Below, one piece after another: positions 17,440 through 26,446 of a stretch of 64,000 bases of DNA. The DNA comes from Ignavibacteriales bacterium (GTDB taxonomy: Bacteria; Bacillota; Clostridia; Acetivibrionales; UBA4821), in NCBI GenBank assembly GCA_050260055.1, contig JBLNBO010000022.1, forward strand, positions 131,207 through 195,206. Direction: 5' to 3'. A program made the position numbers and the translations under genes. Every line of letters begins with the position of its first letter. Positions within the stretch are counted from its first letter, which is position 1. The notes under the pieces are model-generated. The model had not been told where the DNA came from. It was given only the letters and a program-made list of their open reading frames with translations, and did not search any database.

Positions 17440-17769
17440 ATGAGTATAATGACTTCATTCTTGATGGTTATTTTAGTTGCATTGCTTGCTTCCCAGGCAA
17501 CATGGATATACATTGACGCTCGTAGGAGGGGAGAAAATGCCACACTTTGGGGGTTATTCGGATTACTGAATGTTCCTTCGTCACTGATTATTTACCTAAT
17601 TGTTACAAGGATAGGCAAACGCAAATGTCCGAACTGCAAAAAGGTTGTTGAAAAGAAGTTTAATAACTGTCCATTTTGCAGCTATAAATTAAACAATTCC
17701 TGCGCTAATTGCAATAGCAGGATTGAAGAGGGATGGAGCTACTGCCCAAACTGTGCAAAGGAATTATAG
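17440..17769 (+). CDS. PLD-nuclease-N-terminal-like membrane domain fused to a double zinc ribbon
   Basis: TWIYIDARRRGENATLWGL...IIYLIVTR, then CPNC...CPFC and CANC...CPNC. The ATG abuts the anti-sigma stop (TAAATG). Confidence 0.65.
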   Translation: MSIMTSFLMVILVALLASQATWIYIDARRRGENATLWGLFGLLNVPSSLIIYLIVTRIGKRKCPNCKKVVEKKFNNCPFCSYKLNNSCANCNSRIEEGWSYCPNCAKEL

Positions 17770-17878
17770 GTATAAGGGTAGAGATTTACCAATGGAGAAG
17801 CATCATGCTTGCAAGGAATTCCTTAAAGCCAGCCCATGGAGTTTAGAGAAGTTGGTGTCCAATATTTATGCAAATTAA

Positions 17879-17908
17879 TAGGACTCTCATATGAGAGTCC
17901 TATCTTTT
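17879..17908. terminator. Palindromic terminator hairpin
   Basis: TAGGACTCTCAT/ATGAGAGTCCTA followed by TCTTTT. Lies between the convergent operon ends. Confidence 0.7.
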
Positions 17909-17936
17909 AGTATTAGCCATTAGCTAACAGACATTT

Positions 17937-20027
17937 TTATTCTTCTTCTTCATCTTCCTTCATATTCTTCTTAGCTTCCTCGATTACCTTTGAAGCAATA
18001 TGGGATGGAGCTTCTTCGTAGCGTTCAAACTTCATAAAGAAGTTCCCTCTTGCCTGGGTTAATGAACGTAAATCTGTTGCATACTTAAACATTTCAGCCA
18101 TAGGTACTTCAGCTACTACTTGTTGAATACCTTTATCCTGAGGATTCATGCCCATTATTCTTCCACGTCTCTTATTTAGGTCGCCAATAATATCTCCCAT
18201 ATATGAGTCAGGAATATAAACTTCGACGTTAGCTATAGGTTCAAGCAATATTGGTGAAGCTTCAACCATTCCTTTTTTATAAGCAAGGGATGCAGCAACC
18301 TTAAATGCCATTTCGGAAGAGTCAACAGGATGATATGAACCGTCAACAAGGGTTGCCTTAAGGTTTACTACAGGATAACCGGCAAGAATACCACGTTGGA
18401 TAGCTTCTCTCAATCCTTTTTCAACTGCAGGGAAGTACTGCTTTGGAACTGCCCCTCCAAAGATTTTTTCTTCGAATGTCAAATCTTCAGATGTCCCTGG
18501 TTCGAACTCTATCCAAACATGGCCAAATTGTCCGTGGCCACCGCTTTGTTTTTTATGTTTGCCTTCAATCTTAACCTTTTTCCTTATTGTTTCCCTATAT
18601 GGAACCCTAGGGTCCGTAAGGGTTACAGATACACCAAATTTGGTTTTTAACTTGCTGACGATAACATCCAGATGCTGTTCACCAATACCGGAAATGAGAA
18701 GCTGTTTCATTTCTGCATTGTTCTCAACTTTGAAGGTTGGGTCTTCTTCAAGAAGTTTCTGAAGGCCTGTACCTATTTTTTCTTCATCTCCCTTAGCTTT
18801 TGGTTCAATACCCATTGATATTGAAGGTATTGGGAATTTAATTCCTTCAAGTTCGATTTGTTTGCCTTGGTCGCAAAGAGTATCGCCGGTATTAGCAAAT
18901 TGTAATTTTGCAACAGCTGCAATATCTCCTGCAACAGCTTTTTCCACCGGAACCTGCTTTTTGCCTCTTAGGGTGAATATTGATGATAACTTTTCAGTTT
19001 TTCCTGAACGTGAGTTAAACACTGTAGAATCAGGTTTAATCATACCGGAATAAACTTTGAAAAGACTGATTTTACCAACATATGGGTCTGCTATTGTCTT
19101 AAAAATCAAAGCTGAAGTAGGTTCATCGGAGCTTATCTTTCTTGTAATCTTTTCATCAGTTCCTGGTTTTACTCCACTGACTTCTTTTACAAAATCAGGT
19201 GCAGGCATGTATTCCACAATAGAATCAATTAATGGAATAACACCCATATTCTGCAGAGCTGAACCGCAAAGAATAGGAACAGTTCCTACTTCAATGATAC
19301 CTTTTTGTAGACCGAGAGTAAGTTCTTCTTTGGTAAACTCATCCCCATTAAAGAATTTATCCATTAATGCTTCATCTGTTTCGGCGATTGCTTCAGCAAG
19401 CATATCCTTGTATGGTGCAGCTGTAGTTTTCATAGTATCAGTTAATGGAGTTTCAACAACTTTTGCGCCTTCATACTTATATGCTTTCATTTCAATCAAA
19501 TCTATATATCCTTTTACAGCATTGCCTTCGGAATAAGGTACTTGTATAGGAATAACACTATTTCCGAAAGTAGATCTGATTTTTTCTACTGCAGCAGAAA
19601 AATTTGCATTTTCATCATCTATTTTATTTATAAACATCATCTTTGGTATATTTAATTCATTTGCATAATCCCATGCCTTTTCAGTACCTACAGATACTCC
19701 GCTTTTTGCTGAAACTAAAATTAATGCAGCGTCTGCTACACGGATTCCTTGTTTTAATTCGCCAACAAAATCAAAATATCCGGGAGTATCAATAATATTG
19801 ATTTTTGAGTTTTTCCACTCGCATGGAGCAAGTGTTGTAGATATTGATGCCTGCCTTTTAGTTTCTTCGGGATCGTAGTCACTTGTAGTATTTCCATCCA
19901 TGACTTTTCCCATTCTGTCGATTGCGCCTGAGTTAAAAAGAATTGCTTCGGTTAGAGTTGTTTTGCCTGCACCTCCATGTGATATGAAGCAGATGTTTCT
20001 GATGTCGCTTGTTGAGTAGTCTTTCAT
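17937..20027 (-). CDS. Elongation factor G paralog (EF-G2-like)
   Basis: Full five-domain EF-G length. G1 is SHGGAGKTT rather than AHIDAGKTT. KHKKQSGGHGQFGHVWIEFEP resembles T. thermophilus EF-G-2 as I recall it. Not in the str operon. Confidence 0.8.
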   Translation of the reverse strand: MKDYSTSDIRNICFISHGGAGKTTLTEAILFNSGAIDRMGKVMDGNTTSDYDPEETKRQASISTTLAPCEWKNSKINIIDTPGYFDFVGELKQGIRVADAALILVSAKSGVSVGTEKAWDYANELNIPKMMFINKIDDENANFSAAVEKIRSTFGNSVIPIQVPYSEGNAVKGYIDLIEMKAYKYEGAKVVETPLTDTMKTTAAPYKDMLAEAIAETDEALMDKFFNGDEFTKEELTLGLQKGIIEVGTVPILCGSALQNMGVIPLIDSIVEYMPAPDFVKEVSGVKPGTDEKITRKISSDEPTSALIFKTIADPYVGKISLFKVYSGMIKPDSTVFNSRSGKTEKLSSIFTLRGKKQVPVEKAVAGDIAAVAKLQFANTGDTLCDQGKQIELEGIKFPIPSISMGIEPKAKGDEEKIGTGLQKLLEEDPTFKVENNAEMKQLLISGIGEQHLDVIVSKLKTKFGVSVTLTDPRVPYRETIRKKVKIEGKHKKQSGGHGQFGHVWIEFEPGTSEDLTFEEKIFGGAVPKQYFPAVEKGLREAIQRGILAGYPVVNLKATLVDGSYHPVDSSEMAFKVAASLAYKKGMVEASPILLEPIANVEVYIPDSYMGDIIGDLNKRRGRIMGMNPQDKGIQQVVAEVPMAEMFKYATDLRSLTQARGNFFMKFERYEEAPSHIASKVIEEAKKNMKEDEEEE

Positions 20028-20292
20028 TATGAAACCTCCTTTTAATTTTTTGCCGGATTCATAAAGTATACCGTAGAAGCTGTTTGCTAGAATTTAAATG
20101 CGTCTATTGAATAAAATTATCAAATCCTTCATAACTGTTATATAGCATGAAGATATTTCCTAGCAAAGTATATATTTTTTTTTCTCTTAATGCAACAGAT
20201 TCTAAGCATTTGCTTTAAAATTTTAGAGAAAAAAATACGTATTTATTATTCTCTATTATTTCCAGATTTCCTTTTTTAAATTAAATTTTAAT

Positions 20293-20324
20293 CAAAAAAA
20301 AGCAGTCAGTTTAGACTGCTTTTC
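20293..20324 (-). terminator. Rho-independent terminator of the GGDEF gene
   Basis: Minus strand AAAAGCAGTC-TAAACT-GACTGCTTTTTTTT. Confidence 0.8.
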
Positions 20325-20333
20325 CGACGCTTT

Positions 20334-21953
20334 TTAGTCTTTATACACAACCTTATTTCTACCCTGGTGTTTTGCCTTATATAAACGTTCATCGGCTTTC
20401 ATTATTAATTCCTTACTTGTAAGCGAATCGGCTGGACAGTGCGCAGCACCGACACTTATTGTTAGATTGCCATTCGGCTGTTTTTCTTGAAAGCTAAATT
20501 CATGCTTTTCTACAACAGACCGTACTTTTTCTGCGGCTATTGCAAGACCATCTGGAGAGGTTTTACAGCAGATAATAACAAATTCCTCGCCGCCATATCT
20601 GCAAAATATATCAGTAGGGAATAAAACAGACTTAACAACTGCTGCAATCTCTTTAAGTAATTCATCGCCTGCAAGATGGCCATTCTCATCGTTATATGTC
20701 TTAAAGAAATCAATGTCAAGCATAATAAGTCCAAAATCTTCGCTAGATTGCTCATCGATTTCTCCAAATTTTTGCTGTTTAATTACACGCTCAATTTCTT
20801 GCTGCAGTCTTTCATCAAAAAAATATCTGTTATAGACCTGGGTTAATCCATCCTTATTAGCTAATTCTTTAAGCTTTTCATTAAATATGGTCAATTGTTC
20901 AATATTTTTCTTATGCTCTGTAATATCCTTTATAAGAAGGATTGTCCCAATATGACTGCGACCAGAAAAGATTGGTATGATTTCGACTAAGAAATATTTG
21001 TTGCCATTTTCTATAAGTATTTGCTTTTCAACACTTACAGGACTTCTCTGTGAAACTGCTGATTCTACAAGTCGTTTAAATTTCTCAAGGTTGATGTCGC
21101 TTTTATCATCTTTAAACAATTCATTAATTTTTATTTTCCTTTTGATTATAAAATTCGCTTTGTTGAATGTATCTAAAAATGTTTTATTATAATCAACTAT
21201 TTCAAAAGCTTCATTTATTATGATGTAGCTATCGGAAATTAAATCTACAATTCTTTGCAAAGCAATAGGTAGTATACTCAAAAAATCAAACTTGAGAATT
21301 GCAAACATAAAGCAAAAAACACTAAACGTAAAGGCGATATTTTCAATATATGTCGGCCATTCGGGCACAAGCTGAAATGTACTAAAGGAATCGGTAATAA
21401 AGGGAGCTAAAATGCCTAAGAGCACTAGTAAAGATTGTTTTGAAAAAAATCCGGAGTTCTTAATTGAGAAATATGCGAGGTAAGAAAGTCCTATTATTAT
21501 ACAGATATATGAGTAAAAAGTATGAATCATGTAGTAATTACCGGGAATGAAATCGCGGGTTAAAAGAGAGTATTGGATATAAAAAAAGTGATGAAATTGA
21601 TTAGTAACAAGTATCGCAGTTGAAATGAATGGAATAATGAAAATAAATAAGTGTTTCCAAGTCAGGTCAATTTTTGTTTTGGCAAAGACAAGACCTAGGT
21701 ATAGAATTGAAATAGATGCATATATGACACCAAAGAAAAATAGCTCTTCTAAAAATTCTGAGTACCATTGATTGGGTTCTAAGACTAATTGAAATATTAT
21801 AGCAAGGTTCCAAAGCGATGCATAAAAAGCCAAGCTGATAAAAGCATAATGAATTTGCTTTTTATTTCTCATTACACTTATAAAGATTAATAAGAACAGC
21901 ATCAGAATTGTTGATACAAGCATTAAGGAAAAAAGAATTTGATTGCCAGCCAT
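20334..21953 (-). CDS. Diguanylate cyclase: N-terminal multi-TM (7TM-type) sensor, PAS-like linker, GGDEF domain
   Basis: About 7 hydrophobic helices, then a C-terminal GGDEF domain with RYGGEEF. ATG at 21953 after a GGAGA RBS. Confidence 0.85.
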   Translation of the reverse strand: MAGNQILFSLMLVSTILMLFLLIFISVMRNKKQIHYAFISLAFYASLWNLAIIFQLVLEPNQWYSEFLEELFFFGVIYASISILYLGLVFAKTKIDLTWKHLFIFIIPFISTAILVTNQFHHFFYIQYSLLTRDFIPGNYYMIHTFYSYICIIIGLSYLAYFSIKNSGFFSKQSLLVLLGILAPFITDSFSTFQLVPEWPTYIENIAFTFSVFCFMFAILKFDFLSILPIALQRIVDLISDSYIIINEAFEIVDYNKTFLDTFNKANFIIKRKIKINELFKDDKSDINLEKFKRLVESAVSQRSPVSVEKQILIENGNKYFLVEIIPIFSGRSHIGTILLIKDITEHKKNIEQLTIFNEKLKELANKDGLTQVYNRYFFDERLQQEIERVIKQQKFGEIDEQSSEDFGLIMLDIDFFKTYNDENGHLAGDELLKEIAAVVKSVLFPTDIFCRYGGEEFVIICCKTSPDGLAIAAEKVRSVVEKHEFSFQEKQPNGNLTISVGAAHCPADSLTSKELIMKADERLYKAKHQGRNKVVYKD

Positions 21954-22056
21954 ATAAATTCTCCATCTATACAAGATATTGAATCATTCAATACTTATTA
22001 TAATTAATAATGAGAACTATTACAATAATTAGGAAGTCATTTGCAGTTAACGCTAA

Positions 22057-22090
22057 ACAAAAAAATCTTAAGGCTATACCCTTAAGATTT
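22057..22090 (-). terminator. Terminator hairpin downstream of tRNA-Gly
   Basis: ATCTTAAGG-CTATAC-CCTTAAGAT with a T-run on the minus strand. Confidence 0.75.
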
Positions 22091-22094
22091 TTTA

Positions 22095-22168
22095 TGGAGC
22101 GGGTGATGGGAATCGAACCCACGCAATTAGCTTGGAAGGCTAATGTTCTACCATTGAACTACACCCGC
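22095..22168 (-). tRNA. tRNA-Gly (anticodon UCC), CCA encoded
   Basis: Reverse complement GCGGGTGTAGTTCAATGGTAGAACATTAGCCTTCCAAGCTAATTGCGTGGGTTCGATTCCCATCACCCGCTCCA. Acceptor GCGGGTG/CACCCGC, anticodon loop CTTCCAA. Confidence 0.9.
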
Positions 22169-22197
22169 ATTTCTGGTGACTTTTTATATTATAGATT

Positions 22198-22226
22198 TGA
22201 AAGAATAGTTTGTCAAGAGGAAATAT
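22198..22226 (-). promoter_or_regulatory. Consensus sigma-A promoter of tRNA-Gly
   Basis: Minus strand TTGACA, 17 nt, TATAAT (both hexamers perfect). Confidence 0.7.
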
Positions 22227-22626
22227 TCAAGCTCTTAGCAGTTATCTGAGTTAGCAATTGGGATATGGTACGGTATTTGTCAATAACTTACCGCAAAAGG
22301 GGATAGCTAGGGGAAATATTATATTCAGCAGGTACATATAGGCAGTAGTGCCTTATTTTTTGCATTTTTTCATCTGTTTATGAATGTTAAAATATTTATA
22401 AGGATATATCAAAATAATCCCATCGGAAGAATCAATTAATTTCGTTAGTTTGTTCTCTTATAATCATTGCGGTTTTATAAAATTAAATATTTAGACATCT
22501 TGGCATGCAAGGGACTTAGGATAGAACTTGTGTCAACATAAAAAGTTAACTATAACCTGACTAAAGGTTTTATAAATTTTTTTAGTTGCTTGACAGCTAG
22601 TTACTATTATTTTGGGAGGTATACAA

Positions 22627-24132
22627 ATGAACCAAAAGCTAAGAGTGTACGGTTTATTAGTTTCTGTTTTCTTATCATTCTTATTTTCCTATCAAAGCAT
22701 TGCTGCTACATATTCTATGGTAGATGTAACACTAAACAACAATTCAATTAACTGGGATACAAAGCCAATTAATGTAGATGGCAGTGTCTATATGCCTATA
22801 GCTGAAATAATCCAGGCAGCAGGAATGCAAGGCGCCTTTGATGCTAAAACATTAGTTTATTCTATAAAATTTGAACAGAATGAGATTGAGCTAAAGCTTG
22901 ATAACAGTATTGCAAGTATTAATGGAAAGTTAATTCAAATGACGGGACCAATGAAAATTATTAACACAAGGCTGATGATGCCGGTAAAAAATCTCGAAAA
23001 GTTAGGTTTTATGGTTGTTGACAGAAGCGGGAAAGTGCTTGTGTTTAAACCTGAAAACGGTAAGATAATTTACAAGGTTGCTAGTGGAGATTACTTATGG
23101 AAGGTTTCGCAGATGTTCGGTACTCCTATTTCTGAAATTAAAATCCTAAATAATCTAACGTCAGATAATATTAATATTGGGCAAATGCTTGTAGTAAAGA
23201 TTGCTGAACCATTCAGTACCAATTATGACGCTGTGACTGGAAGTGCTACAATAAAAAGTGGGGCAGGGTTTGGTTTTTCAGATGTTGGTTATCTTGCTGC
23301 TGGAACTCATGTAAGTGTTACAGGAAAGAGTGGACTTTGGTATAAGGTTTCTACTTTAAAGGGTAACGGATATATCTACTATACTGTAATTAAAGTCACT
23401 CAAAGCATAACAGATACTACTGTAGTAAGCACGTTCTTCCAAAAAAGCATATCAGTTGATACATCAGGAGATACAATATCTTATAAACAATATAAAGTTA
23501 TGTCTGGAGATATCCTTTGGAGTATAGCTGAGAAAATGGGAATCCCGGTAGAAGAATTGGCAAAAGTGAATGGGCTTTCTACAAGTTCTTACTTGACTAT
23601 TAATCAGGTACTTATAATTCCGGTCCACACTATAATAAAGAAACAAACTGTTAATGCACAAGCAGGAGAGGTTTTGGATTGGTTTACAGAAGGGCAATAT
23701 GTACTTCCCATAGGTAAAATTGCAAAGGTAACTGATGTTCAGACTGGTTTAAGCTTTAATATTCAAAGAACTATAGGAAGCAGTCACTCGGATACAGAAA
23801 CGCTTACAGCAGGAGATACTCAAATTATGAAAAATATATTTGGAGGTACTTGGAACTGGACAAGAAGAGCGTTCATACTTGAAGCAGATGGCAGAAAATT
23901 TGCCGTTTCAATTGCTGGAATGCCTCATGCGGGAGTTGAAGGACAGCCTTTCTTGCAGAATGTTTATAATAGAAGTGATAATTATGGTTACGGGCCCAAC
24001 TATGATAGAATTTCCGGAAACCAGATGGACGGGCATTTTGATTTGTATTTCCTAAATGGTCTAAAACATTTGGATAATCAAATAGACCCGGACCACCAGA
24101 AGATGGTTATGATTGCTGGAGGGTTAAAGTAG
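22627..24132 (+). CDS. Secreted cell-wall-associated protein: copper-amine-oxidase-N-like domain, LysM, SH3-like, LysM, unassigned C-terminal domain
   Basis: Signal peptide. Two LysM repeats (YKVASGDYLWKVSQMFG..., YKVMSGDILWSIAEKMG...). An SH3_3-like segment (GLWYKVSTLKGNGYIYY). A C-terminal stretch of about 160 aa with conserved H/D residues that I cannot place. Confidence 0.75.
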   Translation: MNQKLRVYGLLVSVFLSFLFSYQSIAATYSMVDVTLNNNSINWDTKPINVDGSVYMPIAEIIQAAGMQGAFDAKTLVYSIKFEQNEIELKLDNSIASINGKLIQMTGPMKIINTRLMMPVKNLEKLGFMVVDRSGKVLVFKPENGKIIYKVASGDYLWKVSQMFGTPISEIKILNNLTSDNINIGQMLVVKIAEPFSTNYDAVTGSATIKSGAGFGFSDVGYLAAGTHVSVTGKSGLWYKVSTLKGNGYIYYTVIKVTQSITDTTVVSTFFQKSISVDTSGDTISYKQYKVMSGDILWSIAEKMGIPVEELAKVNGLSTSSYLTINQVLIIPVHTIIKKQTVNAQAGEVLDWFTEGQYVLPIGKIAKVTDVQTGLSFNIQRTIGSSHSDTETLTAGDTQIMKNIFGGTWNWTRRAFILEADGRKFAVSIAGMPHAGVEGQPFLQNVYNRSDNYGYGPNYDRISGNQMDGHFDLYFLNGLKHLDNQIDPDHQKMVMIAGGLK

Positions 24133-24196
24133 TTGACATTTAACTCAGGACAACCTAAAAGACCTATTTCAGAGGGAAGATAGATGAATGAGTTGA

Positions 24197-24228
24197 AAGG
24201 GCGAGATAATATCTCGCCCTTTTGCTTT
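24197..24228 (+). terminator. Rho-independent terminator
   Basis: AGGGCGAGAT-AAT-ATCTCGCCCT followed by TTTGCTTT. Confidence 0.8.
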
Positions 24229-24236
24229 ACATAATA

Positions 24237-24266
24237 TTGACGAAGTTATGTTAATTATGGTAAAAT
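24237..24266 (+). promoter_or_regulatory. Putative sigma-A promoter
   Basis: TTGACG, 18 nt, TAAAAT preceded by TGG. Confidence 0.4.
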
Positions 24267-24406
24267 ACAGATAATGATTTTAAGATGGGGATATTAGTGA
24301 ATTTTATAATTTATTAGATATCCTTGGAAAAATTACTTCTAAACAAGAGGGCTCCAGAATAAAAATTACATTAGATGAACGGCGCTTTTATGAACTAGAG
24401 AGGAGA

Positions 24407-25090
24407 GTGGGGCATTTGACCGGCAGTGCAGCAACTATTGAAAACAACACTGTAACTATAATCGGAAAAGTAGCATCAGAACTAAATTTTAGTCATGAAG
24501 TCTATGGAGAAGGATTTTTCAATTTCATGCTTGATGTACCTAGATTGAGTGATGTGAATGATCTTTTGCCTGTAACAATTTCAGAAAGGCTGATTCAGAA
24601 TATTCAGTTTGAAGAAGGAGCTTGCTTTGAAATTGAAGGACAATTTAGGTCTTATAACAGTTATAATAATGAATCCAACAAATTGATGCTGACTGTTTTC
24701 GCCAGAGATATTAAACCAGTTGAAGATATGTCCAAAGTAAAAAATCCAAACCAGATTTTCCTAAATGGTTTTGTATGCAAGAAGCCGATATATAGAACTA
24801 CTCCTTTTGGAAGAGAGATATGTGACGTTCTTTTAGCTGTAAATAGACAGTATAATAAATCTGATTACATACCTTGTATTGCTTGGGGAAGAAATGCGAG
24901 ATATTCTGAAAGTATTAATGTCGGAGAAAATATAAAGGTTTGGGGAAGAGTTCAGAGTAGAAGCTACCAAAAAACCCTTGAGAATAACCAAGTAATTAAT
25001 AAGGTTGCATATGAGGTTTCAGTTATAAAAATGGAAATTGTGGGCGATAAGGATGATACTGCTCCGGTTATTGAGGAAACAGGTGCGTAA
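24407..25090 (+). CDS. Single-stranded-DNA-binding (OB-fold) family protein, tandem-OB form
   Basis: The C-terminal half (IFLNGFVCKKPIYRTTPFGREICDVLLAVNR...IPCIAWGRNARY...VWGRVQSRSY) is SSB-like. GTG start after an AGAGGAGA RBS. Confidence 0.55.
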   Translation: MGHLTGSAATIENNTVTIIGKVASELNFSHEVYGEGFFNFMLDVPRLSDVNDLLPVTISERLIQNIQFEEGACFEIEGQFRSYNSYNNESNKLMLTVFARDIKPVEDMSKVKNPNQIFLNGFVCKKPIYRTTPFGREICDVLLAVNRQYNKSDYIPCIAWGRNARYSESINVGENIKVWGRVQSRSYQKTLENNQVINKVAYEVSVIKMEIVGDKDDTAPVIEETGA

Positions 25091-25127
25091 AGATAGTATG
25101 CAAGTTAAAAATAAGATAAAAAAATAG

Positions 25128-25160
25128 GTAGGACTGACTTTGGGCAGTTCTATTTTTTTT
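25128..25160 (+). terminator. Rho-independent terminator
   Basis: AGGACTG-8 nt-CAGTTCT (one G-U pair) followed by a T9 run. Confidence 0.7.
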
Positions 25161-25259
25161 ATAATTATAATATATGAACTCTAAGCTAAGGAAATATATT
25201 TCTTTATTTTTATAATGGGCTTTGAGCAGCAGAAGAGTTTTGCATCATTTCAAGTTATA

Positions 25260-25288
25260 TTGACATTTAATAATATAAATTGTAAAAT
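25260..25288 (+). promoter_or_regulatory. Putative sigma-A promoter of aroF-tyrA-aroA
   Basis: TTGACA, 17 nt, TG-T-AAAAT type extended -10 (TAAAAT at 25283-25288). Confidence 0.5.
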
Positions 25289-25420
25289 TAAGCGGAAAAC
25301 ACTGTATGGTGGCTAAAAAACGTGGATTTCAAGCCAATTTGCGCATAATAGATATAAAATATACAAATATTATTAGAATATAATGTTTTACAATTTTAGA
25401 ATTTGTAGGAGAAAAATAAA

Positions 25421-26446
25421 ATGATTATTGTTATGAAACCTTGTTCAACTGATGAGCAGGTTGATGAAATTGTCAAGGTTCTTAAATCTATAGGTTTAGG
25501 TGCACATATATCAAAAGGCGATATGATTACTATCATCGGAGTAATTGGTGATAAGAAGCTTTTAAGTGAAGTGCCTCTTGATTTAATGCCAGGGGTTGAT
25601 AAGCTTGTTCCTATAGTTGAAGCCTACAAGCTGGTAAGTAAAAGTTTTAAGCCTGAGTCTTCAGTAATTGATGTCAAGGGTGTTAAAATAGGTGGAAAAG
25701 AAATTGTTATTATGGCAGGTCCTTGTGCAGTTGAGAGTGAAGAGCAAATTCATGCAGCTGCAAAAGCTGTGAAAAAATCAGGAGCCAAGTTTTTAAGAGG
25801 AGGCTCATTTAAGCCTAGAACATCTCCTTATGCTTTTCAAGGACTTGAAGAAGACGGCCTGAAAATGATATATGATGCAGCCAAGGAAAATGATCTGCTT
25901 ATTGTAAGTGAAGTTATCAGCGAGAAAACTCTTGAGATTTCGGATAAGTATGTTGATGTTTTCCAGATTGGGGCTAGAAATGTGCAGAATTTTCAGCTTT
26001 TAAAGGAAGTTGGAAAGTCAGGCAAACCAGTTGTACTTAAAAGAGGACCGGCTTCGACAATAGAAGAATGGCTTAATGCTGCAGAGTATATTGTTAGTGA
26101 AGGCAATAATAATGTAATTTTATGTGAACGAGGAATAAGAACATTTGAAACGGCCACAAGAAATACTTTAGATATAAGTGCAATACCTGTTGTTAAAAAA
26201 CAGAGCCATCTACCTATAATTGTTGACCCGAGTCATGCTGCAGGAAAGGTTCATTACGTTCTTCCACTTGCCAAAGCAGCAATAGCAGCTGGCGCAGATG
26301 GCCTTATTGTTGAGGTTCATCCTGACCCAAGACATGCACTTTCAGATGCAGCACAGCAGTTAACGCCTTCTTTGTTTGATTTATTATGCCAGGATATTAG
26401 CAAAATGGCACCAATACTAGAGAGAGAATTTAAATATGGAATGTAA
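25421..26446 (+). CDS. aroF: 3-deoxy-7-phosphoheptulonate (DAHP) synthase, type I-beta with N-terminal ferredoxin-like regulatory domain
   Basis: N-terminal stretch of about 70 aa forming an ACT/FL-like domain, then MAGPCAVESEEQ...FLRGGSFKPRTSPYAFQGL, typical of the KDO8P/DAHP I-beta family. Confidence 0.9.
   Translation: MIIVMKPCSTDEQVDEIVKVLKSIGLGAHISKGDMITIIGVIGDKKLLSEVPLDLMPGVDKLVPIVEAYKLVSKSFKPESSVIDVKGVKIGGKEIVIMAGPCAVESEEQIHAAAKAVKKSGAKFLRGGSFKPRTSPYAFQGLEEDGLKMIYDAAKENDLLIVSEVISEKTLEISDKYVDVFQIGARNVQNFQLLKEVGKSGKPVVLKRGPASTIEEWLNAAEYIVSEGNNNVILCERGIRTFETATRNTLDISAIPVVKKQSHLPIIVDPSHAAGKVHYVLPLAKAAIAAGADGLIVEVHPDPRHALSDAAQQLTPSLFDLLCQDISKMAPILEREFKYGM

Noticed and set aside
16155-22168. 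tRNA-Val and tRNA-Gly as integration sites of mobile elements
   Set aside because: No integrase, recombinase, direct repeat of the tRNA 3' end, or phage/ICE genes flank either tRNA. Both have their own promoter and terminator.
22010-22249. 79-aa plus-strand ORF
   Set aside because: It overlaps the minus-strand tRNA-Gly, its terminator and its consensus promoter. The sequence is explained by the tRNA.
24281-24406. Possible frameshifted N-terminal extension of the SSB-like gene
   Set aside because: The frame is open for 41 codons upstream of the GTG start. An ATG at 24285 is +1 out of frame at a G4 run (24287-24290), and one extra G would fuse them. However, the ATG has no RBS, whereas the GTG at 24407 has a strong AGAGGAGA RBS. 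I cannot show homology for the extension. It remains only a caveat.
25289-25420. Possible T-box or attenuator leader upstream of aroF
   Set aside because: No T-box consensus (AGAGA, specifier-loop context, UGGN-containing T-box sequence) and no terminator/antiterminator pair are visible. Only a weak TGGCT...AGCCA stem is present.
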